DNA of 64,000 bases from NCBI GenBank assembly GCA_902556905.1, contig CACDYK010000004.1, positions 20,066 through 84,065 on the forward strand. Reading direction: 5' to 3'. The position numbers and the translations under genes are program-made. This DNA is from an uncultured Pelagibacteraceae bacterium (GTDB lineage Bacteria > Pseudomonadota > Alphaproteobacteria > Pelagibacterales > Pelagibacteraceae). The stretch's first letter is position 1. The number at the start of each line of letters is the position of its first letter. The notes beneath the pieces were generated by a model. The model was given only the letters and a program-made list of their open reading frames with translations, did not search any database and had not been told where the DNA came from. Positions 10,797-20,535 of the stretch are shown in pieces.

Positions 10797-11873
10797 ATGA
10801 ACGAGTCTAAAGTTACTTTTTATTATTCAAGTTTTAAACAACTTTTCTCTAAAAAGTTTATTTCAGTAATCTTAATTTCAATTCCTAGTGCAATAGTTGC
10901 TGACTATTTTAATATTCCTTTAGCTTGGATGTTAGGCCCCATGATTGTCACATCTATTGCTGCATTAGCTGGATTAAAAGTTGTAATGCCTAAAATAGCT
11001 TTAAGTTCAATTTTAATTATCCTTGGACTACATATCGGTAACTATATTGATCAAAATCTTTTTAATCAGATGATTAATTGGATTTGGACATCAGCTATAA
11101 TGCTTATCTACATTATTACTTGCATTTTAATTGTTTCAAAATATTTACAAAAATATGCAGATTACGAGGAAAAGGCCTCAATATTTTCTTCAGCACCAGG
11201 TGCTTTAGGTCCGTTAATGATTTTAGCAGAAAATGAAAAAACTGATTTATCTCAAGTGGCAACTTCACATCTAATTAGATTAATTATAATTATAACAGTT
11301 ATTCCATTTATTATTGTTAATAATACTGGTTCAGAAGCATTGCTATTAGATAACTTTGATTACATGGGGCAAAATCATCTAAATCTAATTTTACTTATCA
11401 TTGCATCTTTATTTTTTATTTTTGTTTTTGATAAGATTAGAGTTCCCGCAGCTTTATTATCAGGAACGCTATTTGCTAGTGGATTATTACAAATTACAGA
11501 TATTGCCTCGTACAAATTGCCTGATGCATCAATTAATTTTTGTCTTTTGATACTTGGTGCTTCTGTTGGATGTAGATTTGCTGAAAAAACTGTTAAAGAA
11601 ATTGCAAATAATTCATTACATAGCATAGTTGCTACAACTATATTGGTCTTACTAGGTTTGCTTGCTGCATATGTTGCAACATTCTTTGTTGATACTAATA
11701 TTTTAACTTTAATATTATCTTTTAGTCCTGGTGGAATTTACGAGGTAGCTGTTATAGCAATTGCTTTTGATTTAGATCCAGACTTTGTAGCATTTCATCA
11801 TATAATAAGATTACTTTTTATACTTTTTACAGTTCCTATATTTTTAAGAATATTAGAAAAGATTAAGAAATAA
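10797..11873 (+). CDS. AbrB-family membrane protein (AidB-regulator type)
   Basis: PLAWMLGPM, SAPGAL, SPGG..E and HIIRL repeats; ATG at 10797 preferred over the GTG at 10776. Confidence 0.8.
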   Translation: MNESKVTFYYSSFKQLFSKKFISVILISIPSAIVADYFNIPLAWMLGPMIVTSIAALAGLKVVMPKIALSSILIILGLHIGNYIDQNLFNQMINWIWTSAIMLIYIITCILIVSKYLQKYADYEEKASIFSSAPGALGPLMILAENEKTDLSQVATSHLIRLIIIITVIPFIIVNNTGSEALLLDNFDYMGQNHLNLILLIIASLFFIFVFDKIRVPAALLSGTLFASGLLQITDIASYKLPDASINFCLLILGASVGCRFAEKTVKEIANNSLHSIVATTILVLLGLLAAYVATFFVDTNILTLILSFSPGGIYEVAVIAIAFDLDPDFVAFHHIIRLLFILFTVPIFLRILEKIKK

Positions 11874-12804
11874 TCTCTGACAATCTTTCAAAAACTTTTT
11901 CTGCTGACAACTTGGATAATTCTGGAGCCTGTATTGCTTTAAAATTTTCTCTTTCGATGCTAACTTTAAAAGGAGTTGTATGAGAACCAAATAAAGCAAT
12001 TCCTTTTGATCCTAAATGAGCTGTCATATGAGCAGGTCCAGTATCATTAGCAACTACAAACGAACTATCTTTAATTAATGCTGCTAACTGAGAAATATCT
12101 AAAGCTTTACCATTATCTAAAACACAAAGAGCATTAATACTTGATGCTTCTTTAATTTCACCAGGACCAGGGGCTATAACTACTTTAAATTTATTGTCTG
12201 ATTTTTCATTAATCATAGAAATTAAATCATTGTAATAAGGCCACTTCTTAGAGGTTAAATGAGGGGAACAAAAAGGAAAAAGAACAATATATTGGTCTAA
12301 TTGATGATAATTTTTTATTTGAGATATATCTGATGGGCTCCATGAAAAATCAGGGCTTAAAGTATGACTGGTATTAATACCAGAACTTTTTAATTGATGA
12401 TCAAATCTAGATAAAACTGAGTCTTTATCAAAATCATCTTTTGTAGTTCCTTTGGGTAATGTGGTTTCTGTAGATGACCATATTTCTTTTGTTGCTTTAG
12501 GAAATAATATATTTTTATAAAATGTTGTTCTGCTTGAGTTTTGTAAATCATAAACTTTAGAAAATTTGTATTTCTTAATATTTTTCATCAATGAATATAA
12601 GTAGATGAGGTTTAATCTTGATAACCGCTTATCTAAAATAACATTTGAAATATGAGGATTTTTTTTAAATAAATCAAAATATGGTTTTGTTGTTAGTAAA
12701 TGAACTTCGTCATTACTATGATTTTCAGAAATATCTTGAATTGCACCACATGCTTGCGCTATATCACCCAATGAACCGTGTTTAATAACTAAAATATTAG
12801 ACAT
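11863..12804 (-). CDS. GT9 glycosyltransferase (ADP-heptose:LPS heptosyltransferase family)
   Basis: ILVIKHGSLGDI, DLQ, KKWP, VANDTGPAHM..H, ALFG. Confidence 0.9.
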   Translation of the reverse strand: MSNILVIKHGSLGDIAQACGAIQDISENHSNDEVHLLTTKPYFDLFKKNPHISNVILDKRLSRLNLIYLYSLMKNIKKYKFSKVYDLQNSSRTTFYKNILFPKATKEIWSSTETTLPKGTTKDDFDKDSVLSRFDHQLKSSGINTSHTLSPDFSWSPSDISQIKNYHQLDQYIVLFPFCSPHLTSKKWPYYNDLISMINEKSDNKFKVVIAPGPGEIKEASSINALCVLDNGKALDISQLAALIKDSSFVVANDTGPAHMTAHLGSKGIALFGSHTTPFKVSIERENFKAIQAPELSKLSAEKVFERLSEIIS

Positions 12805-12836
12805 TTTTATAACAATTTAACATAGTATAAAACTTT

Positions 12837-13226
12837 ATGAACAAAATTCTAGTTGAAGTATCTGTTGGTGAACTTTTTGATAAAATATCTATTTTAGAAA
12901 TCAAAAAAGATAGGATTAAAGATTCTGAAAAACTTAAATTTATAAATGATGAATATGAAGTTTTAAAAAGTGAACTTGAAAAAAATGTTAAACTAGATGA
13001 AAAATTAGAAAAATTTTTTGTAGCATTAAAAAATATAAATTCTAAATTATGGATTATTGAAGACGATAAAAGAAAGTGTGAAAAAGACTCAAACTTTGGA
13101 GAAAATTTTATAAGATTATCTCGAGATGTACATTTTCTTAATGATACTCGAGCTAAAATTAAGCTCGACATAAATAATCATTCAGGATCAAAAATTAAAG
13201 AAATAAAAGAGTATACTAACTACTAA
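12837..13226 (+). CDS. conserved hypothetical protein (DUF6165-like)
   Basis: VSVGELFDKISILEIK, LWIIED..R, F..L.R.V...ND.RA..K..IN...GS.I.E.K.Y. Confidence 0.75.
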   Translation: MNKILVEVSVGELFDKISILEIKKDRIKDSEKLKFINDEYEVLKSELEKNVKLDEKLEKFFVALKNINSKLWIIEDDKRKCEKDSNFGENFIRLSRDVHFLNDTRAKIKLDINNHSGSKIKEIKEYTNY

Positions 13227-14004
13227 AAACTCTGGGAAACCAATCTTCACGCATTAAATCACCAGACTTTAAATTTATTCCATCAAATGGTGGAGAGGTT
13301 GGCCCTCCTCTATTAATGTACTTAACATCATCACCTATAAATCTCATTGAAAATGCCCTTCGAGATTTAGAGGTATTATTTCCAGTTGAGCCATGTACAG
13401 TTTTAAAATTAAACAATACTGCATCACCTAAAGTTAACTCAGGTATTAAAATATTTTTTTTAAATTCTTCTAACGAAGGTAAATTCATAAATGAAGTATC
13501 ATCTTTATACCAAGACTGATCATTAGACCATTTTGTTGGTCTAATTAACTTTAGCCACTTATGAGAGCCTAAAATTAATTGAAGATTATTTTTATTATCA
13601 ACCTCATCTAGTGGTATCCACAAACTCCCTGTATCATTGCCATCAACACAGTAATAAGGCATATCTTGATGCCAAGGTGTTTCTTTATTAGTGCCTGGCT
13701 CCTTAATAAAAATGTGTTCATGAAAAATTTGAGTAGATTTAGAATTAGTTGCCTCAGCAACAATCTGGCCACCAGGTGAATTAAAAATACAATCTTTAAA
13801 TTCTTCTATTCTTTCCCAATTACAATAATCTTCAAAAAATCTACCATTATTATCATTTACGTTTTCTCTTCCGTGTTTACTTGGATTATCTAAAACTTTT
13901 TCAAACCCTTTTCTTAATGGTTCAATCCAGTCTTTAAAAATATCTTTAATAATCAGGGCACCATCAGTTTGATAATCTTTAATTTGTTTCTCTGATAAGA
14001 ACAT
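13216..14004 (-). CDS. PhyH-family Fe(II)/2-oxoglutarate dioxygenase
   Basis: TPWHQD, WIPLD, GSHKW, VHGS..N...RRAFS facial-triad motifs. Confidence 0.9.
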   Translation of the reverse strand: MFLSEKQIKDYQTDGALIIKDIFKDWIEPLRKGFEKVLDNPSKHGRENVNDNNGRFFEDYCNWERIEEFKDCIFNSPGGQIVAEATNSKSTQIFHEHIFIKEPGTNKETPWHQDMPYYCVDGNDTGSLWIPLDEVDNKNNLQLILGSHKWLKLIRPTKWSNDQSWYKDDTSFMNLPSLEEFKKNILIPELTLGDAVLFNFKTVHGSTGNNTSKSRRAFSMRFIGDDVKYINRGGPTSPPFDGINLKSGDLMREDWFPRVFSS

Positions 14005-14009
14005 TTTTA

Positions 14010-14684
14010 TTATTGAAAACTATATTTTTTCTCTAGGTATTTAATAACGTTGTGGATGATAAAAGTCATAAATAAATAAATTCCACCTGCAACAATGAAT
14101 ACTTCTATTGGTTTGAATGTTGTTGAAATAATATACTTTGCAACACCCGTTAGGTCCATTAATGTAACAGTACTTGCTAAAGAAGTTCCCTTCATCATCA
14201 ATATTATCTCATTCCCATATGCGGGCAATGATTGTCTAATGGCAATTGGAATTTGTATTTTATAAAATATTATTTTGTTTGATATTCCTAAGCTTTTACC
14301 AGCCTCAATAATACCTGGTTTTATTGTTTGAAATGCAGATCTTAAAATTTCAGAGGTATAAGCACCAGTATTTAATGTAAAAGCTATGATTGCACACCAG
14401 TAAGGTTCTTTAAGAATAACCCACAAAAATGTTGATCTTAAATATTCAATTTGTCCTAAACCAAAATAAATGATGAAAATCTGAACCAATAAAGGTGTTC
14501 CTCTAAAAACATAAGAATAACCGTAAGCAAATTTGTTAATAAATATATTTTTGTTTAATCTTAAAATTGCAAACAATAATCCAATAAATAAACCAAAGAA
14601 TAAAGAAACAGATAAAAGTTTTAAAGTAACGACAGTGGCTCCTAATAATTTAGGGAAACTAGTGAACATTAAATCAAAATCCAT
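14010..14684 (-). CDS. polar amino-acid ABC permease (HisM/OccM-like)
   Basis: FRGTPLLVQ, AYTSEILR, EAGKSLG. Confidence 0.9.
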   Translation of the reverse strand: MDFDLMFTSFPKLLGATVVTLKLLSVSLFFGLFIGLLFAILRLNKNIFINKFAYGYSYVFRGTPLLVQIFIIYFGLGQIEYLRSTFLWVILKEPYWCAIIAFTLNTGAYTSEILRSAFQTIKPGIIEAGKSLGISNKIIFYKIQIPIAIRQSLPAYGNEIILMMKGTSLASTVTLMDLTGVAKYIISTTFKPIEVFIVAGGIYLFMTFIIHNVIKYLEKKYSFQ

Positions 14685-15376
14685 TAATACCCCCTGCTAT
14701 ATTTTGCTTCTAATCTATTGATTAGTTTCATGCTTAAAAAAGTTAACAATAAATATAAAACAGCGGCAAATGAGTAAAAGAATAATGGATCTCTAGTAGA
14801 GCCTGCTGCAATATAAGATTGTCTCATAATTTCAACCAAACCTGTGACTGAAATAAGAGATGTATCTTTTAAAGTAATTTGCCAAACATTACTAAGATTA
14901 GGAATGGCTAGTCTTAACATTTGAGGTAAAATTATTTTATAAAACTGTGCAAATTTACCTACACCCAAAACTTTAGCAGCTTCAAACTGGCCTTTATCGA
15001 TTGATTGTATTGCTCCACGAAACACTTCGGTTGAATATGCACCTGAAATTATTCCAATTGCCATAGAGCCAGTTATGAAAGCGTTAATCTCTATATATTC
15101 AAAATATCCAAAGATAGATGCAACATACATGATTGCACCACTTCCGCCAAAAAAGAAGAGATAAATTACTAAAAGTTCAGGGACACCTCTAATAACTGTT
15201 GTGTAAAAATTTCCAATTAAATTCAGAGATTTAAATTTTGATAATTTTAAAGGAGTAAATATAAGTGCAAAAAAAAATCCAATAAACATTGCTGTAACCG
15301 ATACAGCAATGGTCATCAGAGTTGCATAAAATAATTCATCGCCCCAACCAGTTTTACCAAATGCGAGAAGTTCCAT
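14684..15376 (-). CDS. polar amino-acid ABC permease (HisQ/OccQ-like)
   Basis: IRGVPELL, AYSTEVFRGA, GQFEAA. Confidence 0.9.
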   Translation of the reverse strand: MELLAFGKTGWGDELFYATLMTIAVSVTAMFIGFFFALIFTPLKLSKFKSLNLIGNFYTTVIRGVPELLVIYLFFFGGSGAIMYVASIFGYFEYIEINAFITGSMAIGIISGAYSTEVFRGAIQSIDKGQFEAAKVLGVGKFAQFYKIILPQMLRLAIPNLSNVWQITLKDTSLISVTGLVEIMRQSYIAAGSTRDPLFFYSFAAVLYLLLTFLSMKLINRLEAKYSRGY

Positions 15377-15382
15377 ATAGAC

Positions 15383-15407
15383 TGGCGACTATATATTATA
15401 GTCGCCA
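15383..15407. terminator. intergenic hairpin downstream of the SBP gene
   Basis: Perfect 11-bp inverted repeat tggcgactata-tat-tatagtcgcca. Confidence 0.6.
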
Positions 15408-15420
15408 AATCTGAAATTAA

Positions 15421-16272
15421 TTACATAGAAGCGTCGAAACCAAAGTGTTTAATAGCAAGTTTGCTAATAATTCCTTTTTTTCTAGCTTTATCAATTGCTT
15501 TGTTGAAGTCTTTTAGAAGTTTTGCGTCTCTTTTTCCGATCGCATCATCTCCACCCTGTCTAATACCAACACCAACACCATTACCAAATGCACCACCTGA
15601 AAAAGTTGGTCCAACTAATGTAACTGGTTTACCTGATTTATCAGCATAGTCCGTAAATGCAACTGCTGCAGCTAAGGCAACATCACATCTTCCAGATGTT
15701 AGGTCTAAGTTAACTTCATCTTGAGTTTTGTAAGTTCTTACATTTACACTTCCAACATCACCAGACTCTAAAAAGTTTTGGTGAATTGTTCCTGTTTGAG
15801 TACAAACAGTTTTTCCAGCTAGTGCGCCTGTTAAAGTTTTAAGAGCTTTTTTAACGTCAGATCCACCTAATGTTAAATTAACACCTTCTGGAGTATCCAT
15901 GCCTTCTAAGCTTGAACCTTTCATTACTGCAAGTGATGCTACTTCGTCAGCATAACCTTGTGAAAAAGTAATAGTTTTTTGTCTTTCAGCTGTAATCGAC
16001 ATTCCAGCCATAATCGCATCAAACTTTCTCATTAACAAAGCTGGAATCATTCCATCCCAATCTTGTTCAACGATAGTACACTCATGTTTCATGATTGCAC
16101 AAAGTTCTTGAGCTAGCTCAACTTCAAAACCTATAAGATTGCCTGAAGCATCTTTAGAGTTCCATGGTGGATAAGCACCTTCAGTTCCAATTTTTATTTT
16201 GTCAGCGTAAACATTTCCGATAACTAATAAAGAAGCAAGAACTGTTAAAATAGATTTTTTAAATATATTCAT
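15421..16272 (-). CDS. polar amino-acid (Arg/Lys/Orn/opine type) ABC substrate-binding protein
   Basis: Signal peptide, GTEGAYPPWN, QDWDGMIPAL...KFDAIMAGMSIT.ER. Confidence 0.9.
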   Translation of the reverse strand: MNIFKKSILTVLASLLVIGNVYADKIKIGTEGAYPPWNSKDASGNLIGFEVELAQELCAIMKHECTIVEQDWDGMIPALLMRKFDAIMAGMSITAERQKTITFSQGYADEVASLAVMKGSSLEGMDTPEGVNLTLGGSDVKKALKTLTGALAGKTVCTQTGTIHQNFLESGDVGSVNVRTYKTQDEVNLDLTSGRCDVALAAAVAFTDYADKSGKPVTLVGPTFSGGAFGNGVGVGIRQGGDDAIGKRDAKLLKDFNKAIDKARKKGIISKLAIKHFGFDASM

Positions 16273-16331
16273 TATTTTCTCCTTTAATTTGGAGCAATTA
16301 TTTCACAGATTTAATAATTTAAAAAGAAAAA

Positions 16332-17372
16332 TTAATGATTTATTGATGACGAAAAATTCCAAGAGCAATCAAAACTTGGGATATAAACTCTAGATAACTT
16401 AGTATTTCCAAAATGATGATTGAATACGTTTAGCCAACTATCAACTTGTTTTGGTTTTTTGTCTTGGCTACCAACTTGAGCGGTAATCACACCTTTTGGT
16501 TTTAAAATCCTAATCATAGAGTCCATATTTTTAGCAGCAAGGTTTATACAAAATTGATCGTCATTAAGATCAACAAAAATATGATCATATGTATCATCTT
16601 CAACTGATTTAATACTTTCAAAAGCATCTCCCCAAACACATTTTACAGAGTTTTTTTCAGTAGCCTTTTTACCTATATCTCCAAGATGTTTATTACAAAC
16701 ATCAACAACTTCTGGGTCTAACTCAAACCAATCTACAAAATTAAAATCTTTAGAAATGCATTCTCTTGCAACACCACCATCTCCACCACCGATAATTGCA
16801 GCTCTTTCATTATTTTTATTCAAATTTAATCCAGCACCAACGAATGTAGAGCTATATAAATGCTCATCCGTTGCAGCAACTTGTATTTCTCCATCAATAA
16901 ATAATGATTTACCAAACTGTTCTAATTCTAAAATTTCAATATGTTGACCAACTTTTGATTTAAAATCTTCAAGAACATCGTTTACAACGTATGATTTCTG
17001 TAATCCTGGTGAACTATAAATATCGTGATATAAAGATTTAGTATCTCTATTAAACTCTTTTTTTACTATTCTTTTATGACCAAACTCTTTCTTAATAATA
17101 TCTATTGCAACTGACGGACTTATTTTTCCACAAGTAAAAAAATCAAAACTAATAATTCCTTTTTCCGGGAATGTATGAAAACTAATATGACTTTCTGCTA
17201 ATAATGCCAATATTGTAAATCCTTGAGGTTCAAATTTATATTTTGAAATATTAAGAATTGTTACTTTTGCTGCTTTTGCAATATCATTAATTACTTTTTC
17301 ATACACAGAAGGATCATATTCTTTTGTTGTGCCAATGATGTCTAGAGTTATATGTTCTCCAACCTTAGTCAT
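16332..17372 (-). CDS. fused S-adenosylmethionine decarboxylase / aminopropyltransferase (SpeD-SpeE)
   Basis: N-terminal LAESHISFHTFPE..DFFTCG pyruvoyl site; C-terminal LFIDGEIQ, IIGGGDGG, ELDPEV. Confidence 0.9.
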   Translation of the reverse strand: MTKVGEHITLDIIGTTKEYDPSVYEKVINDIAKAAKVTILNISKYKFEPQGFTILALLAESHISFHTFPEKGIISFDFFTCGKISPSVAIDIIKKEFGHKRIVKKEFNRDTKSLYHDIYSSPGLQKSYVVNDVLEDFKSKVGQHIEILELEQFGKSLFIDGEIQVAATDEHLYSSTFVGAGLNLNKNNERAAIIGGGDGGVARECISKDFNFVDWFELDPEVVDVCNKHLGDIGKKATEKNSVKCVWGDAFESIKSVEDDTYDHIFVDLNDDQFCINLAAKNMDSMIRILKPKGVITAQVGSQDKKPKQVDSWLNVFNHHFGNTKLSRVYIPSFDCSWNFSSSINH

Positions 17373-18007
17373 TAGTTATCCTTTTTGTAATTCTTTGCCT
17401 TGGATAAAACTTTTTTCATTTCATTTTTAGAAAGAATCTTAGGCTTACCCAATTTTAGGCTGGTTATATACTGAAGCGATATATTTTCAACCTCTTCAGC
17501 CAACTCAAAAGCTTTGGGTAAATTTTCCTCAAATGCAATCTGTCCGTGATTTGCAATTAAACAAGCTTTACGACCTTTTAATGCTTTTAAAATATTTTTT
17601 GATAAATCTCTGGTTCCAAAAGTTGCATATTTTGCACATTTGATATCCTGACCTCCTGCCATAGCTACCATATAATGAAATGATGGAATTCCTCTCTTAT
17701 GAGTAGAAACCGCTGTTGCATTTGTAGAATGGGCATGAACAATTGCTTCAGCCTCTTTTTTATTTTTATAAATATCTTGGTGAAATTGCCATTCTGAAGA
17801 TGGAATACCTTTTTTATTATCAAACTTTCCTTCTAATGAAACAAAAACGATATCTTTAGTTTTTAAAGAAGAATATTTTTTTCCAGATGGAGTAATTAAA
17901 AAACCCTCTTTATATCTGATAGATATATTTCCAGACCTAAGTGCAGATAACTTTCTGCTATTAAGCATTTTTGAATATTTGATTATTTCAGCCTTAATTT
18001 TCCTCAT
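17372..18007 (-). CDS. class II aldolase (FucA-like; probably methylthioribulose-1-P / 5-deoxyribulose-1-P aldolase)
   Basis: SGNIS, PSSEWQFH, VHAHS, NHG Zn ligands; mtnA and mtnP nearby. Confidence 0.85.
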   Translation of the reverse strand: MRKIKAEIIKYSKMLNSRKLSALRSGNISIRYKEGFLITPSGKKYSSLKTKDIVFVSLEGKFDNKKGIPSSEWQFHQDIYKNKKEAEAIVHAHSTNATAVSTHKRGIPSFHYMVAMAGGQDIKCAKYATFGTRDLSKNILKALKGRKACLIANHGQIAFEENLPKAFELAEEVENISLQYITSLKLGKPKILSKNEMKKVLSKAKNYKKDN

Positions 18008-18060
18008 TAAAAAGAACTTGATTTTAACTTAATTTAAGATCAGACTACATAAAGATTAAA

Positions 18061-19422
18061 ATGGCTGATACAATAAAATATTTTCTGGAAGAAGGCAAAA
18101 TGCCAAAAACTTGGTATAATATTGCTGCAGATTTACCAAAACCTATGGAGCCTCCTCTTCATCCAGGAACATTAAAACCAATTGGACCAGATGATCTAGC
18201 TCCTTTGTTTCCAATGGCTTTAATTGGCCAAGAGGTTTCTCAAGATAGAGAAATAGAAATACCTGGGCCTGTAAGAGAAATTTATAGACAGTGGAGACCT
18301 TCTCCACTTTATAGAGCTAGAAAATTAGAAAAACATTTGGATACTCCAGCAAAAATTTACTACAAATACGAAGGTGTTAGTCCTTCTGGTAGTCACAAAC
18401 CAAACACTGCAGTTGCTCAAGCTTTTTACAATAAAGAAGAAGGCACAAAAAAAATAACTACAGAAACAGGAGCAGGTCAGTGGGGAACTTCCCTAGCATT
18501 CGCATGTAAATTATTTGGAATTGAGTTGGATGTTTATATGGTTAAAGTGAGTTTTGAACAAAAACCATATAGAAAACTTGTTATGCAAACTTATGGAGCA
18601 AGATGTGTTGCAAGTCCATCAAACGAGACGGATAGTGGTAAAGCAATTTTAGCAAAAGACCCAAACAATACTGGAAGTTTAGGAATAGCAATTTCTGAGG
18701 CTGTAGAAATGGCTGCTAAAAATCCTGATACAAAATATGCATTAGGAAGTGTTTTAAATCATGTTTTAATGCATCAAACTATCGTAGGTAATGAAGCAAT
18801 ATTACAAATGGAAATGGCAGATGATTATCCTGATATTTTAGTTGGTTGCACAGGAGGTGGAAGTAATTTTTCAGGATTAGTAAATCCATTTTTAGGAAAA
18901 AATTTTAGAGAAGGAACTAATACAAGAGTGATAGCATGTGAACCAAAATCATGTCCTACATTAACAGAAGGTAAATTTGTTTATGATTTTGGCGATACCG
19001 GTAAATTAACACCTTTAGTAAAAATGCATACTTTAGGATCTCAATTTATTCCTCCAGCAACACACTCTGGTGGATTAAGATATCATGGCATGGCTCCTCT
19101 TGTCAGTCACTTAAAAGAAATTAATGCAATTGAAGCAAAAGCATATGGTCAAAAAGAATGTTTTGAAGCAGGAGTAAATTTTGCAAGAACAGAAGGTATA
19201 GTTCCTGCGCCTGAAGCGACACATGCTGTTAAGGGTGCTATTGATGCTGCTTTAGAGTGTAAAAAGAATGGAGAATCTAAAACTATATTATTCAATTTAT
19301 GTGGTCATGGTCATTTTGACATGAAAGCATATGGAGATTACTTCGAAGGAAGCTTAGCGGAAGATAAGTTTGATAAAGGAAGTATGGACAAAGCTTTAGA
19401 AGATCTTCCAAAAATTGCTTAA
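18061..19422 (+). CDS. trpB2: TrpB2-type tryptophan synthase beta (stand-alone)
   Basis: 453 aa, WYNI.ADLP N-terminus, SGSHKPNTA PLP lysine, TETGAGQWG, GGGSNF, LCGHGHFD; no trpA adjacent. Confidence 0.93.
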   Translation: MADTIKYFLEEGKMPKTWYNIAADLPKPMEPPLHPGTLKPIGPDDLAPLFPMALIGQEVSQDREIEIPGPVREIYRQWRPSPLYRARKLEKHLDTPAKIYYKYEGVSPSGSHKPNTAVAQAFYNKEEGTKKITTETGAGQWGTSLAFACKLFGIELDVYMVKVSFEQKPYRKLVMQTYGARCVASPSNETDSGKAILAKDPNNTGSLGIAISEAVEMAAKNPDTKYALGSVLNHVLMHQTIVGNEAILQMEMADDYPDILVGCTGGGSNFSGLVNPFLGKNFREGTNTRVIACEPKSCPTLTEGKFVYDFGDTGKLTPLVKMHTLGSQFIPPATHSGGLRYHGMAPLVSHLKEINAIEAKAYGQKECFEAGVNFARTEGIVPAPEATHAVKGAIDAALECKKNGESKTILFNLCGHGHFDMKAYGDYFEGSLAEDKFDKGSMDKALEDLPKIA

Positions 19423-19431
19423 TTTTCGAAA

Positions 19432-20535
19432 TTGAGTCTAATTAAACCATTTAGCGGAATAAGACCAAAAAAAAAATTTGCAAAACAAGTTACCTCTCCA
19501 AACTTAAGTTATATTGATAATTACAAACAAACCAAAAAATTAAATTTTCTTAGTATATTAAATACTCCAAACATAAATAAATCAAAAAAAATGCTTCAAA
19601 ATCTTAGTGATAAGGGCATTATTCAACAAGACCGATCAAATCATTTCTATTTATATCGAATTACATACAACAAGAAAAAATTACTTGGGATAATTGGAAA
19701 AATAAATTTAGAAAATTATGATGACAAAAAAATATTAGGTCATGAAGAAACCTTTGTAGAAAGGATTAAAAAAAGAAAAGAGCAATTATTAAAATTTAAT
19801 AGTCAAATTAGCCCTATATATACTGCATATAAGTCTAGCCCAAATTCTTTCAAGAAATTAAATAATATTTTTAAATATAAGCCAGATTATAATTTTAAAT
19901 CTGAGGATAAGTGCAGGCATGAACTGTGGGTTGTCAAAAAAGTAAATATAGAAAAATTACTTAAAAACTATCTTAAAAATATTAAAAAAATATACATATG
20001 TGATGGACACCATCGGATCCAGGCCATGTTAAAAAGTAAAAAAAAAATTGCTCCTATGATAATTGCTTTTCCTGATAACCAGGTAAATATACTCGATTAC
20101 AATAGAGTTATAAAAACTAGCTTGAAATTTGAGAAAATTAAAAAAATAATTTCAAAAAACTTCTCTTTAAATGTCTCTAAAAAGAATAATAAACTTAAAC
20201 AAAACCAAATTGAAATGTACGTAAATAAAAAATGGCATACACTTCAGCTATTCAAGCAATCAAAAGAATTGGATGTAACTATATTGAGGAAATTGATATT
20301 AAATAAAATATTAAAAAACAAAAAAAATATTAAATTTGTATCGGGTTTTAAAGGTAAAAAAGTCTTAGAAAATTTTGTAAACTCTAAAAAATACGATTTA
20401 GCATTTAAGTTATATCCTACTAATATTTTGGAAGTTTTGGCTTATGCTGATAAGAAAAAATATATGCCACAAAAATCCACATGGTTTCATCCAAAACCAC
20501 TTGATGGTTTGATTTCTTCTAGAATTATTTCTTAA
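19432..20535 (+). CDS. DUF1015 family protein (putative ParB/Srx-fold kinase)
   Basis: IKPFSGIRP, GHEET, YICDGHHR, YNRV, MPQKSTWFHPKPLDGL. Confidence 0.85.
   Translation: MSLIKPFSGIRPKKKFAKQVTSPNLSYIDNYKQTKKLNFLSILNTPNINKSKKMLQNLSDKGIIQQDRSNHFYLYRITYNKKKLLGIIGKINLENYDDKKILGHEETFVERIKKRKEQLLKFNSQISPIYTAYKSSPNSFKKLNNIFKYKPDYNFKSEDKCRHELWVVKKVNIEKLLKNYLKNIKKIYICDGHHRIQAMLKSKKKIAPMIIAFPDNQVNILDYNRVIKTSLKFEKIKKIISKNFSLNVSKKNNKLKQNQIEMYVNKKWHTLQLFKQSKELDVTILRKLILNKILKNKKNIKFVSGFKGKKVLENFVNSKKYDLAFKLYPTNILEVLAYADKKKYMPQKSTWFHPKPLDGLISSRIIS

Noticed and set aside
10776-11873. Possible 'ammonia monooxygenase' label for the AbrB-family protein
   Set aside because: Legacy family name; no AmoA/B/C motifs or partner genes
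17372-18007. fucA / fucose catabolism
   Set aside because: No fucose isomerase, kinase or transporter nearby; the mtnA/mtnP context explains the gene better
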